DNA from: Octopus bimaculoides
Taxonomy: Eukaryota
Reading direction: 5' to 3'
Length of the DNA stretch: 64,000 nucleotides
Assembly (NCBI RefSeq): GCF_001194135.2
Contig: NC_068984.1
Span: 65,944,306 to 66,008,305 of the forward strand
Made by a program: the position numbers and the translations under genes. The stretch's first letter is position 1; each line of letters begins with the position of its first letter. The notes below the pieces were generated by a model. It was not told where the DNA came from. It worked only from the letters and a program-made list of their open reading frames with translations, and made no database searches. Positions 38,475 to 52,720 of this stretch are shown piece after piece.

Positions 38475-41417
38475 ACAGGATGTTGCATTTTGTTTTTTGC
38501 TCTTTTATTTCACTAACTTCACGTTTGAATTTTTTGTTACCTTCCTATAGAGAGGGAGACATTTATTTTTTCTATGCAGCTTAATTACATTAATTGTTCT
38601 TATTGTGCTTGCCTCTAAATACCTAAGTATTTCAGGACTCACTGGAGCCACTTTGTAATTTTTCTTTATTTATCATATATTCATTTATTTTATCCATATG
38701 CAAAATAGCAGAAATGTCCTTTTAATATCAGCTTTAAGGTATATTTTTGCCAAGGTATATCAGAGAAAGAATTCCACGAGAAAGCTGATAAATCAGTGTA
38801 TCCAAACAAAAGTACCTTCAAGCATTTATTTTGCCTGAGCTGACACAGATATTCCCTTGTCACTCTTGCTATTGGAAATGCACTGAAGCAGTGATTGGCA
38901 GCCTGAAAATATCACTCCCAAAATACAAGATTTAAAATGAAAGTAAAAAAAAGTGATGGATACATCTATTGATACATCAATAGCTAAATCTTGAGTAATC
39001 ATCTAGCCTGCTTTAGGAAAACTACAGTAGTCTGTTTCTTTAAAATATTTGCAACATGTCCAGTACTGATCATTCATTTCAGAGTGATAACATACAGAAT
39101 AGTCAAAATAGCAGAATTCTGTTTCTTGACTTATGATTTTCTGTCTTATAAAGTATTGAAGTTAAAATGAAATAAGCAATACTTGCAGAAAATAACATAT
39201 TTATTTTCATTCTACTTACTGCAAAAAGTAATCAAACAAGCCTTAAATAGAAATGCAGCAGATAATAGAGATAAGCAGCTTTTGATCTTGGCTAATCATC
39301 TGGTTTAGATATTTATCATACCAACTTTTACCTGGAGCAAGTTTTCTTAAGTATTATGCCTGAAAGAGACAGTTCTTATGGCAAAGCCGAGAGAAAAAGA
39401 TTAACTGAAGAAACAAGTGTCAGCTCTAACTTCTTCAAATAAGGTGAGTTTAAGGATCTTCAACTGAGAAATTGAGTGGATACAGACACTGGATTTTGAG
39501 TGAAATGTAAAGAATGAAGGCGAATGATATTCTATAAATAGTAAATTCTAACTCTTCAACACAGTTTAATAGTATGTAATATAAGCACAAAAGAAGGGAG
39601 AATTTTAAAATCAAAAGAGATATTTCTTTGCAGTGTACTTAAATGTAAAAATGAAACCAGTACAGACTTTCACATCTATAACTTTCAAACAAATGAAGTA
39701 TTTATGACAAGGATGAAGATGTCATAAAATAAATTTGGAAAAAAAGAGCATTACTTGAATCTTGGGAAATTATCATTTCAACTTTAAGCAAGGTTATTCA
39801 TAAGAGTTAACAGTTAAAAAAAAAATCGATAAATATAATTTCCACTTGGTTTTGTTTTTAATGAAACATTTCTTAAAGAAAAGTTGTTAGCCATTGATTT
39901 GCTTGTGAAAATGTGTATATGGGGATCTAAGACAGGTTATATTCAAATAGCATTTTCAAGACTAGTTGGCTAATTTCAATGTAAATGAAGTCAAGTTATT
40001 AACTACAAAATTATCTCCCAGTAGTGTGATTTCTAATTATTGTATGTTCTAATTGCCTATTTACATTTGGTTGGCAATGGTAATTAGACAGAAAAGACCA
40101 AACATTAAACACACTGGGAGTCATCCCACACAAAGCTTCTGCTCAATCAGCATCAAACAACATCATGATCAATAATTTGCTTCTCAAACAGTGAATAGCA
40201 TACTATCAGATTCGTCTCATGAAAATTTACAATATCCCTGAAATATTCCTGGTATATTTGAGCTATTTTGTACTTTGTGTTCATTTCATGGCTTTTGTTT
40301 AAAATGGCATTTAAGAATTCTAAGTAAATTTATTAACATTTTTGTAACCAATTGAACAAGCATATTCAGCCAACAACAGTTATTCTTTGTAAAATAAAAA
40401 TTTCATAGTTTTGTTTCAAAAATTAGGTAATAATTCTGGCTAGTTCTGTCAAAATATAAGGAATATTTAATAGAAAAAAGTATAACCATTAGTTACCAAT
40501 AATTCCATTATGCAATAACATATAAAATACAGAAGTGTACACACTAGCACAACATCTCTACATTCGTTCATCAAAATCATTAAAATATTAATCTGGAGCA
40601 TAAAAATAACTTTTATTTAAAACTCCATTTTGAAATTACTAATAAACAGAAACTAAAGACAAAGATCTGAAGACATTAGTGGCAGTCTATGTTGGCAAAC
40701 ATCATTTATTGAATTTATGTAATATGGATACATTGTATCCAATGGAGGAAACAAAATTCTGAGTGCTTTGATCAAAGCCCTTCATCAAAAAAGAAAATTT
40801 CAAGGATTCCCATCTCTGCATGGCTCACAAATTCATTCCGATTTAGGAATATTACTGATTTGGATACAGTGATATAACTTGCAATATAACTAAACTATGT
40901 CACCAATTGCAGTATTTCATTGATTATACAAATACTATTTGACCAACCTAATGCAGAGAATACATGCTAAGCATATATTACAATAAGTATTCATTTAATT
41001 ACAAATTTTATGAACTGTGATAGCTGATGAGAATTAATACAACATTAACACTACTAGATATGCAAAATAAGTTGCATAATTTTGAAGGCCTAATTTCTGG
41101 ATGCAATCTAAATGATATCTGCTTTGCTAAGTAGAATATAGGTTATAGTTTATAATGCAAAAACAAAGTAAGAAAATAAATATATATTTTTACTAAAAGT
41201 ATTTTACTGCAGAACATCAAACCATGAAAGCATTTAAAACTAATTACCTAATAGCTATGCCATTACATCCACATAACAATATCATATTGTAAAAACAAAC
41301 TAATTTCATGCATTGGTGTACTGATATTTTAAAAATAAAACAAAACTTTAAATTTTTATCACCAACATGGCATTAGTGTGAAACGATAGCTGATTACTTG
41401 AACGCAAAGGAATGAAG

Positions 41418-41675
41418 CATCATCATCATCATTTAGTATTTGTAGTCTGTATTAGTATGGTTGGACAATTCAATGGGATCTGATGAGCCAGAGGACTGTT
41501 GGGTTCCAACATCTGCTCTGGTATGGTTTCTATGGCTTGATGCCCTTCCTAATGCAATCACTGTACAGACTGTACTGGGTGCTTTTGTTCATGGCACCAT
41601 TATTCATGTGATCATGAAGTAAACTGCAAGACAAGATGATTCCTTGACAGATTTGGGATGCAGTATTGAGAGAGA
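41418..41675 (-). mobile_element. Degenerate RTE-type 3' end lacking the tandem subunits
   Basis: (CAT)n..GGTTGGAC..GATGCCCTTCCTAATGC..GTACTGGGTGCTTTT. Confidence 0.7.
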
Positions 41676-43311
41676 TTGTTGAAATTGTCAATGCAGGGTG
41701 TTAGAGTGATCAATGCAGAATCTCAGCTTAGGGATAGGTAAAAGAAAATAATAGAGGGTCAGGAAAGAAGAGGTGATAGATAGTAATACATGAAAGGGAG
41801 AGGTGGAGAGCAACAGTATCATAAAAACCATAGATAGATGAGAAGTAGAGAGGAATGTGGGAGAGAAAGAAAATACACAATGACAAAGACAAAGATATAT
41901 AAGGCTGGATACAATGACTGACAAAACAAGGAGGAGCATCAATAACAAGGAAAGGGGAATTCAGTGTAACAAGTAGTGATAAGAGATGGTGATGCGGGTG
42001 CAGGGTGGGTAGCAAGGGAAGTGGTTCTAGAGACTGGGATAACTAGTAACACAAAGAGTGGGATGGAATATGTGAAGTTCTGCTCTCATAGGATTACAGC
42101 AGCTGAGGAAATTGTATCATAGTTAGAAAGGTGAAAGAGGCAATCGCTGTACAAAGAAAACTTGTGGAGAAGGCTTGAAAAGTACAGATTGGGTGCAGAA
42201 GAAAAGACATTAACAATATGCTTTTCAAACTGTACAAAAACATTCTGCTCCAACCTTGACATTACATATAACCATGATTTAGCATCCAAAACATTTCTAT
42301 TTCCTAATATTTTACAGGACTAATAAAGACGGTTCAGAGAAGGCTGGTATTTTCCAAACAAAAACAAAATTGGATAATATTATTTAAGAGTGGTGATACC
42401 TGAAATATTCTTTTACTTAAAGAAACTGAAATCATATTAAAAATGGTATTTAACTTTGTTTTTATTAAAGCAATATTGACATACAAACTAAAGTTGAATT
42501 AAGCATGTTTTTCTAATTTTATTCTCTTCGGGTTTGAAAATTTAACTTATAATTTGAACTCTAACAGCACCCAATATTTTAAAATCTAAACTTAAAGAAG
42601 TATGAAACATAAAATAAATTACTTTTATTCTATATGACAAAATAAAAAAAATAATAATAAATTTCAGTGATTCAAACAATATGTGTATTTTCTTCTCTTT
42701 AAAAATAAACTATTAAAGAATTCTAAATTAGCTCAACTTTTAAATAGCAGAAAAGCCATTTAGAAAATATTCATTCACAATTACAACATCTTTCAAAAAT
42801 CATTTTTGGTATGAACACTTTCACTAGTGTCTGTTCTATATAATAAACAAAATGACAATGACTATGTTAGCAATTGACTCAATTGTTTCATCGTTCTCTT
42901 TTTACTTACGAACANNNNNNNNNNNNNNNNNNNNNNNNNNNNNNNNNNNNNNNNNNNNNNNNNNNNNNNNNNNNNNNNNNNNNNNNNNNNNNNNNNNNNN
43001 NNNNNNNNNNNNNNNNNNNNNNNNNNNNNNNNNNNNNNNNNNNNNNNNNNNNNNNNNNNNNNNNNNNNNNNNNNNNNNNNNNNNNNNNNNNNNNNNNNNN
43101 NNNNNNNNNNNNNNNNNNNNNNNNNNNNNNNNNNNNNNNNNNNNNNNNNNNNNNNNNNNNNNNNNNNNNNNNNNNNNNNNNNNNNNNNNNNNNNNNNNNN
43201 NNNNNNNNNNNNNNNNNNNNNNNNNNNNNNNNNNNNNNNNNNNNNNNNNNNNNNNNNNNNNNNNNNNNNNNNNNNNNNNNNNNNNNNNNNNNNNNNNNNN
43301 NNNNNNNNNNN

Positions 43312-43381
<70 letters not shown>
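43312..43381. repeat. (TA)n(TG)n microsatellite at a gap edge
   Basis: Direct reading. Confidence 0.95.
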
Positions 43382-43384
<3 letters not shown>

Positions 43385-44603
43385 GGCTGCTATTATTCTA
43401 TTCTGATCAAAAGTATTAACTATGTGGCAGAAAAGTCTCATTAGTTATTTCCATTGTAAAATAATATTAAATGCAACAATCAACAATTATATACATGTGC
43501 GTATAAGCACACCAACTAACAGTTCCATATTATTTGTGTGAGTGTGTGTGTGTGTGTGGGGGGGGTTGTGAGCATATATATATTCCCATATATATTCTGA
43601 ATGTTTGTGCCTATATATCTTATTTTACATACTATTTCAAGTCTTTTCTAGTATATTATTTATTTGAAATATGATAATTCTTTAAAAATTGAACTTGTGA
43701 AAGAACAAAATTCTTCAAAGAACAGGTTTATATTCATGAAAAATAGAATAAACTTAAGCTTTAGAAAGTTTGTTTAAAAATAATGCAGTTAATTATTCAA
43801 AATTTAACAAACAGTAAATTAATCGACAAATACATGTTTTATAACACATGATATACGCTTCTTTTATTGAAGGTCAATTTAATTTTCAATCTATTCAAAA
43901 CAGTAAGTTTTGGCTGGTCTCCATATGCTGTTGGACATTTTGAAAATATACAACTGGATATGATTGTTCTTAATTTTATTTCCAACAAAGCAAATTAAAT
44001 TCTTTATACTTAATTTAGGTTTGAGGAAAATGTGAATTTACTCTTTGCTGTTCCATTAATGCATTATATTTCATTAATTATGCCTACCTCTGAAATAAGG
44101 AGTTTGTTGACTGTTAGAATGTATGAAAATCAACAATTTTAATGGAAGAGAATTTTGATTGACAAGATCTCTTATATTTTGAACTATTTGAATTGATTGT
44201 TCTTTGGTTACAGTTTATCAAATGTCATTAAGTTGGAGACCACAAAATCACATACATGCTCAATTTCTATAATCTACTTTTCTCTCCTAGGCCATATTAT
44301 TATACATTTTATGTTTTTTACTAATACATTTTATCACCTGAAATGGTGAAATAAAATTACAATTCAGAAGGAACTCTGGTAATGAGTTCTAAGTTGCTTA
44401 CATTGACTTTAAAGATACACAATACCAGAATCTAAAGATTTGAATGCACCAAAATATGCTCAATGAGAAACCACAAGAGTTAATGGGGTACAGACAGTCA
44501 TATGTCATCAAATGTCAGATGAGTTATGTTTGGTCTCAAAGCTAAACATTTTGAATCCTATTGTAACAATGGACTGACAAGGCATTAACAAGGTATTAAA
44601 TTG

Positions 44604-44643
<40 letters not shown>

Positions 44644-45067
44644 NNNNNNNNNNNNNNNNNNNNNNNNNNNNNNNNNNNNNNNNNNNNNNNNNNNNNNNNN
44701 NNNNNNNNNNNNNNNNNNNNNNNNNNNNNNNNNNNNNNNNNNNNNNNNNNNNNNNNNNNNNNNNNNNNNNNNNNNNNNNNNNNNNNNNNNNNNNNNNNNN
44801 NNNNNNNNNNNNNNNNNNNNNNNNNNNNNNNNNNNNNNNNNNNNNNNNNNNNNNNNNNNNNNNNNNNNNNNNNNNNNNNNNNNNNNNNNNNNNNNNNNNN
44901 NNNNNNNNNNNNNNNNNNNNNNNNNNNNNNNNNNNNNNNNNNNNNNNNNNNNNNNNNNNNNNNNNNNNNNNNNNNNNNNNNNNNNNNNNNNNNNNNNNNN
45001 NNNNNNNNNNNNNNNNNNNNNNNNNNNNNNNNNNNNNNNNNNNNNNNNNNNNNNNNNNNNNNNNNNN

Positions 45068-45103
<36 letters not shown>

Positions 45104-46338
45104 GTAACTTGGTGATTGATTTTATCAGTTCTCTTCAGAGTTTCTTGGTTGATGTAATCTTTTTTGTGATATCAACAGCGTCACCAGTTTTATGTACTGA
45201 GTGTGCCTTCCCTCCTTTGTTAGTCCAGAAGAGTAGGAGTGTGTGTACAGTAGCAGGCTGTATACAAAATATAGTAGTAGGCAACATAATGTTCCTCACA
45301 TTTTGCTTTTAGTATTTACATAAACCACTCTTCTCAAATTCTAAAATTATTCATAAATATTCTAGCTTCTTTGTTTTTGATATTCTTTTTGAAATTTCGT
45401 TATATAAACTTTTTCTCAGCTTATTTTGCATGAGGAAATATAAAACATGATGTCTTCTAGGAAGCCAGGTAACATTGAAACCAAAACTAAACAGAGTAGA
45501 TATTAAAAAAACTCAAGCTATTTACGGGTATTTTTTATAAAAAAAAAACAATGAAAGATTTCAATTATATTGCACTCTTCTCTTCCAGTCATTTATGACC
45601 GTACATTCTAAATATTCCTTTAAAATGTTAAACTTGAAAACTAGTATACCTTTGAATGATTCACATTTTCCCCTTACATTTTTATTAGATTCTATATAGA
45701 ATCTATCTCTATTACAGTGTATCATCTTTACTGCTCTATGTTGAAATTTGGAAATGAATTCCCAAGTCCAAGTTATTTTAGCAAGTATTTTTTCACTGAA
45801 TTTTCACCAGTATTTGGTTAACATTTAAAAGATTTAACATTTATATACCCATATTATAAAGGGCTTTTACCATAAAAGTAATACTGAATATTTCTAAAAT
45901 TACATTGATTATGACCTAAGCTTTCAGTTTCTTTCTACTATACAACAAATCTTTTAATCTTCTTTTACATAAACCTAATCATTTCATGAATATTCTATCC
46001 ATATGTAACAATTTCCTTCTTTAAATTACACTTATCAGTTTTTCGTATCATTATAAATTCATTTTTAAATATAATTGTATGGGAAATTCTATTTGGATAT
46101 GTTTTACCAGTTCAGTATCCCAAATTGGAATTCTTTTAATTCAATTCTATTTCTTTGTAAATTATTTATATGTTGCAAGTTCACATGTGAGACTGATATT
46201 TTGCACTCTCAATAAAGTATATCAGCTTGTGTAACTTATTTGAATGTAATGCCAAGTTCGTTTCTATCTAGCACTGAGTGGATATAAATAGTGTGTTTTT
46301 AATATACAAATTACGCACATGTAATGTTAGACACAAAT

Positions 46339-46641
46339 ATCATCATCATCATCATCATCAGTGTTTAACGTTTGCTTTCCATGCTGGCATGGGTTGGACG
46401 GTTTGACTGAGGACTGGCAAGCCCGAAGGCTGAACCAGGCTCAATCTAGTCTGGCTAAGTTTCTACAGTTGGATGCCCTTCCTAACGCCAACCACTCCAA
46501 GAGTGTAATGGGTGCTTTTACATGCCACTGGCACGAGGGCCAGTCAGGCAGTTCTGGCAACGACCATGCTCTAAAGGTGTTTTTTACGTGCTACCTGCAT
46601 GGGAGTCAGTCCAGCAGCACTGGCAACAACCATGCTCGAAA
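46339..46641 (-). mobile_element. RTE-type LINE 3' end (family C), two subunits
   Basis: (CAT)n GTTTAACGTTTGCTTTCCATGCTGGCATGGGTTGGACGG..GGATGCCCTTCCTAACGCCAACC. Confidence 0.9.
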
Positions 46642-46921
46642 TATATAGGTATTATTTTAAATATAAACTAATTATTTGGTAAATCACAAGATACGTGGGT
46701 TAGAATTTTTCTACATGTTCTGTAAAATGAAGTGAATAATAGAAAAATCATCTAAGTAGGTTTCTGTTGAATCAGTCAACTTTCCCTGCAAAACGATTTT
46801 TAAATAGATACTTCAAGCCAAATTGTAGATATAAAAATGTTTGGAATTATATTTTAGGGGCCACTCAGCAATGCAGAACAAATACTATAAAGTACTATTG
46901 TGTATAATATATAACTACACA

Positions 46922-47165
46922 TGGAGGTCTGTGGCTCAGTGGTTAGGGTATTGCACTCATGATCATAATATTGTAGTTTCAATACCTGGACTGGCAATCA
47001 AAGTGTTCTTGAGCAGAATATTTAATTTCATGTTGCAGCATCCCACTTAACTGGCAAAAAATAGATAATCCTGCAAAGGACCAGCATCTTGTCCAGGTGG
47101 GGAATATATATGCTAGGGAAAACAGGAAACTGGCCTTACGAACCTAGCTCAGGAAAGACCTTACA
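46922..47165 (+). mobile_element. tRNA-derived SINE, family D
   Basis: TGGCTCAGTGGTTAGGG..GTGTTCTTGAGCAG..CCTGCAAAGGACCAGCATCTTGTCCAGG. Homologous to 27583-27812. Confidence 0.75.
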
Positions 47166-47998
47166 TCCATTGATATAGCTACAACACTAGCTCAAATAAG
47201 AATTAAAAAGTTTTTGTATCACAATAAGGGTTAAGAAAGTTTATATCTTAAATGTGTTTCATTGAGAGTAGTTTTTTTTTTTTTTCATGATAAGACTATA
47301 TTCACACCATATGTTTGGTGAATTCTAGACTTGATTTATTTCAGCATTGATAAAATAAGAACTGATAATATACTAAATTCAATTCACTATACATATCCAT
47401 TAGGAAAAAAGTTGTTTTTCTTTTCCTTTAGTGTTTTTTCTTTTCCTTTTTATAACAATGTATCATATTATACATCTGATCATATCTTATATTATGATCA
47501 GATATGATCAATATCTGATCATTCATTTGACACTATTTCTTAAGAGATTAGCTTCACAATTCCACAACGATGAAATCCAGAATTGATTCAAAGGATTTAA
47601 ATCCAAGAGGATGTATAAGGATTGAATTATGTTCAATTTACATGAATATTTTATTTACTTTACTTCAAAATTACAAAAGAAATCCTAAAAGAATAATCTG
47701 TCAGATTATAAGGAAATATATCACATAAGGAAATATAAACATCATTTTAACATCTCTTCCCTCTTAGTTGGACAGAAATGTCAGGATTCATGTCATTATT
47801 CCTCCTTCCTAACAGCCAATTGTCATTTTTATCTGTGAGGGTCAGCATCTTGAACTTTGACATCACATACTACATCATTTTTTCCCATCTTGCTCTTCAG
47901 ACTGAACCAACTTGAGACATCCATAATAAACAGCATTGATGTGAAATCATAGTATATTTGAAATTGCTATTTCTTATACAATTTTGATGTAAGAAAAT

Positions 47999-48226
47999 AG
48001 GTGCAGGAGTGGCTGTGGTAAGTAACTTGCTTCCCATCCACATGGCTCCAGGTTCAGTCCCATTCTGTGTCGTAAGTGTCTTCTATAATAGCCTTGGGCT
48101 GACCAAAGGCTTATGAGTGGATTTGGTAGAAAGAAACTGAAGGAAGCATGTTGTGTATATATATNNNNNNNNNNNNNNNNNNNNNNNNNNNNNNNNNNNN
48201 NNNNNNNNNNNNNNNNNNNNNNNNNN

Positions 48227-48273
<47 letters not shown>

Positions 48274-48503
48274 GTATATATGTATGAAAGTATGTATTTG
48301 TGTGTTTGTGCTTATCCTCCCCTCCATTGCTTGACAACTGATGTTGGTATGTCTACATCCCCATAACTTAGTGGTTCGGCAACAGAGACCAAAAGAATAA
48401 GTACTGGGCTTACAAAGAATAAGTCCTAGGGTTGATTTGTTCAACTAAAGGTGGTGCTCCAGCATGGCTGCAGTCAAATGACCGATACAAGTAAAAGAGT
48501 AAA
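47999..48503 (+). mobile_element. tRNA-derived SINE, family B, with its TA middle partly in an N-gap (48165-48226)
   Basis: GTGCAGGAGTGGCTGTGG..GGTTCAGTCCC..CAGCATGGCTGCAGTCAAATGAC..AAGTAAAAGAG. Confidence 0.9.
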
Positions 48504-48985
48504 TTAGAAACTACAAAATATATTTTGATACTGTAACTGTGAAGACTCAACACTGTATAGCAAATTAGTAATATTATAATTAAATAAACCCATCTTTATG
48601 TTATAGAAAGTGTAACATCTTGGATTTTACTTGCATTAATCAGATTCAGGAAACAAGTATATTACCCCTCCCTCCTCCTTTTTCTCTCATGCACACACAA
48701 ATTTACATTCATTTCTCTATATCACATTTGCTAGTTATTCAGGCAATTGTATTTCTATTTTATAACTAAATGTATAGATTTCCTATTCAAACATGAAAAA
48801 GTTTTATCTAAGTATATAATAGCTGTATAATGGTGAGCAATAGGAAGTAAGTCATAGGCAGAGAGTGTGAAAACTCTGTAAAGATCAGAGGAAAATGGGT
48901 TAAGTATGATATATTCGATGTATAATGTTAACCTGCTTTGAAGACAAAGCACAAGTGACCAGAGTGAATAACTAGGCAATATAGA

Positions 48986-49182
48986 CAAGAGAGATGGTTG
49001 CACTGTCTGCTATAGATGCACTGCAAATATTTGCTGGGTGCTAGGTAAAAAGATGTTTAGTGTACTCTTAGTGGAAGGTACTGAAAGGAAAGTTAATGTG
49101 AGGTGAAGAAGCCAAATATATTAGGATACTAAGTCTCACAGAAATAGTGACAAATGACCAAGACAAATAATGATGTGCTGTA
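48986..49182 (+). mobile_element. Decayed RTE LINE ORF end
   Basis: Peptides QER.LH, LVEGT and RILSLTEIVTNDQDK**CAV are collinear with the 31836 fragment. Confidence 0.6.
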
Positions 49183-51039
49183 TAGCAGACACAAAATGAT
49201 ATAGACAAAAGGACATTAAAATATTGCTAATGATAAAAATGAACTGCATCCATGATATATTATAAAATTAACTGCATATGTATTCATGAGAAAAGAGAAA
49301 AGTTATAGTTTGTGGAGAAGATATAGCTAATTTAGAGCAAAAATTGTATTTAGCAAAAGAAACTTTCCTGGAGTGAAAGAGAAAAGTAGCAACTAAAAAA
49401 GAAAATAGAAGATACAGAAAGAGAATGCATGACTTTTCATCTTTAGTTTTAACTGAGAATTATAACAAAAGATAACAAGAAACAAACATGCCCGATTTTG
49501 TACCTGCCTATTTCATTCTGTAATTCCCATTCTACTTGACTTTACCCAGATACTGACCAGTGAAAATGTTTTAATGATATTCATGGTATAGTGTCTTACA
49601 ATTCCAGATTCATGATTATCTCACCAAATAAACTAGAAGAAATGAATAAGTATTTATATACAAAAGTCTTTCAAGTTAGATATAATAAATATATTAAGTT
49701 GTAAGTTAATTTCTTTTGCTTTGCTCATGTTTATTTTATAACTAATAGAAAAATAAACTATTCTAACTTATATAGAATATTAAACTTTAAATAAGTTTCA
49801 CACAGGTGATCCAAGCTAAGAATAATGCCATTAATAGAAAATTGTTCAATGATTTTTCAAATTATGCAAGCTTCATAACCAATCTGATTCAGAGTCACAG
49901 TTGAGACTCCCTTAGTGGCCAATTATATTCATGTGCAAGAAATTACTAATGATGAAGTCATTATTTTATTTAATGTTTTGTTTTGGTTTTTGTTAATAGT
50001 GAAGTATCTGCAGAATGTATAAACATTTAACTACTCTACAATGTCCATCAAGAAAGGTCCCTTTTCAGATTAATATTTAAAAAAAGAAAAAGAACCAAAC
50101 AAAATTACAAAAGTGACAGTAAATGCAAAAAAATGTATTGCTCAATGAAGTGCAAAAAAAAGTTATATTAGCAAATATGCAAATAAATAATAACTTGTAT
50201 CTTAGACTTATACTTTCAAAATACAACTCAGAATATTTAGATATAGATCAAAATTGAGCCTATTTAAGAGATAATGAAATAAATTTATAAGATGTTTCAA
50301 ATTTTTGAAAGACTATACAACAAAGATTTTAGAGTTGTCCACCAGAAGTATATCAAAATTAATTAGTGAAACAAAGATAATTGAATTACACATGAAAATC
50401 ATTTATCATTGGTAAATCAATTTTTTTCTTCTTTTTTTTTTTTTTTTGACAAGCCACAACGATTTAAATAAATTTTTCTTTGAATAAATTATCAAAGTAA
50501 TTAAAGGTATCATAAATAAAAAATGAAAATATTTTCGCTCCTTTTGGTCCTGATTCATATATCGTGCTTTGTATATTGTTTTATCTTTGTAAGAATGGGA
50601 ATGCAGTTATCATATATAAGTTGTGTGCCATGAAAGATTCTAAAATTTACAGTGTTCTATAAATTAAGATATTACATTTTTTATCATTTCAATATGCAGA
50701 TATTTATTCTGTGACCTGCTGTAATAGATTATGGTAATTTAGGAAGGTATCTGGCTGAAATGCTGGATGATTTCAGATACAATAAGAAATTTTCGTTAAA
50801 TATTATTCTTAAGTGTTATGAAATGCAAAAACAAAAATGATTAAAAAGTCAAATAATTTAAAAGAAATATTTTTTAATTGAAAATTAGTTAGCACATAGC
50901 ACGTTCCTGGATTTAGTTCAAGCCAATGTAACAAAATGACTGTCATAGATTGGAAATGATTTACATACATTGGCAGTAGTCTGTAAAAATATGAAGAAAG
51001 TAACTAATGTCAAATACAACACAAGAAAGGCAACAGCAA

Positions 51040-51530
51040 TATTCTAGCAAACGTACAAAATCTGGTCCATGAACAAACTGGACACTAACATCAATGTCCA
51101 CCAGCCCATTTCCATCACATCATCAGTAGTGTAATATGCAAATAAAACATGGAAGAAAACTGTGAAAATCATCAAAATATTAATGCTTTTCACATAATTG
51201 AAGAAAATCCCAAGTATTATATTATGATCACATCAGGAGTAAAACCTTATGGCAAGCATAAAATATTATGATTAAAGAATGAAAAATATGACTGACTGGG
51301 CATTTCCTGCAGCATCCAGATTATCGGTATATTAAAATAGCATTGAGACGGACACCAAAAGGGAGATGGAGAACACAAGGAAGACCAAAGGAGATTCAAC
51401 CTTTTAGTTGTATTTAAAGGTTGTCAACTAAACCGAAGTGACAAAGAACATGCTACTGATAGAAAATGATAGAGGAGAATTGAATACTGGTGTGCAAACA
51501 TGCAAAGGATGGACTGACTGACTGATGTAA
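51040..51530 (+). mobile_element. Decayed RTE-clade LINE ORF (second subfamily)
   Basis: GHFLQHPDYRYIKIALRRTPKGRWRTQGRPKE (51298-51393). Upstream YANKTWK and NAFH resemble 'YG.ETW...L.AFH'. Confidence 0.75.
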
Positions 51531-51839
51531 AGTTTATTTAAGTGGTCACTGAATGTTAATCAATAAAAGCAAAATTCCAGTCATGATGGTATGAACATTT
51601 TCATAAATCAAATAAAATTATTATTGCATAGGAAGACCACAAAGCTACTTTAAAAAGCTGTCTTAGTACTAAGTTTAGGCACCAAGTGACTATAACATCC
51701 CCATTATCGTAGCCAAAGAAAACTATAAAGTGATGACATAAAGTTAATATTTTGTTTTTATTTATGGTAATAGTTGCTGTGGATATTCAATATTGAAAAT
51801 AAAATAGCCAGCTACATTATATGTAATCTAAATTTTAAC

Positions 51840-51980
51840 ATGTCACTTTAAAGTGTGACCTTGTCATTTCAAAGAAACATGAATGCTGTCAATGGGAGCT
51901 TTTGCCACTTCAGAATGACAGTAATGATTCCAAAGTGAGAATAGCAATTTCAAACCGTGTATAACAATTTTAAAGTGAGA
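51840..51980 (-). repeat. Degenerate 20-bp minisatellite (CTCACTTTGAAAT-like), inverted relative to 53356-53457
   Basis: Reverse-complement units CTCACTTTAAAATTG, CACGGTTTGAAATTG and CTCACTTTGGAATCA. Confidence 0.6.
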
Positions 51981-52079
51981 TTAACACAAAAAAATTGACT
52001 TAACAGAAAACATAACACCAAAATATCATAACGTCATTTGTTATGTCAACAGTGTGAACTTACTTGGCTAATTATAGAA

Positions 52080-52720
52080 ACAAGCCATGGTTGTAAGGCC
52101 TTCCAGTTTTATTCAGAATATATATACTAATAGCACTCAATGCCAATTTTCTGAAAATATTATCTGCATCAAATTGTTTTGACACTAGCAGGATTGTTTT
52201 CATCTTCTACAAATATATTTGGAAGAGCGTGTTCCACTTTTAATGTTTACTATATACATGAGAAGCATTCCTTACATGAAAACTTCAATCCCATGATTAC
52301 ATGCATTATCAAGTATACAAATTGTGTGAGTAAAAGAAGTTTTCAAAATATTCTTTATGCTTATCATTATGAAACTCTCTTAGAAACTAATCCATCTGTG
52401 CTTGACAAAACCTCAATAATATTAAAAGTTTGGCCTGCTTGTTCATAAATAGTCTTAACTGTGGCCTTACTACTTAAGCTTTAGCAGTGGGTGCTAGTAG
52501 TGTGAAGGTTATGGTTAGATTCTTCCACAAAAATTATTGATTTTTCCAGATGAAATAGTAGTTCTCAAGTGCCAATTGAGAAAGTCATATCAAGCAATGA
52601 TAACATTCGGTCATTTCTATCCTCAGGCTGAAAAACCAAATTTCTACATATCAGCATGCAATCTAGCTAGGAGTTTTGGAATGTAATTGTTCCTCACAAG
52701 TAGTTTTTTCTGGAAAATTC
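52080..52720 (-). mobile_element. Probable highly decayed Helitron (PIF1-type) helicase C-terminus
   Basis: Ordered, frameshifted peptides CMLICRNL, TTISSGK, GRI*P*PS, TIYEQAGQTF and GLVSKRV resemble MLLRNL / ATILTG / PRI..IPS / TINKSQGQT / GQLYVALSRV. Confidence 0.4.

Noticed and set aside
40760-40795. Minus-strand TGATGAAGG-GCTTTGATCAAAGC, reminiscent of a Penelope hammerhead end
   Set aside because: Only the palindrome is solid. The core C and CGAAAC are absent.
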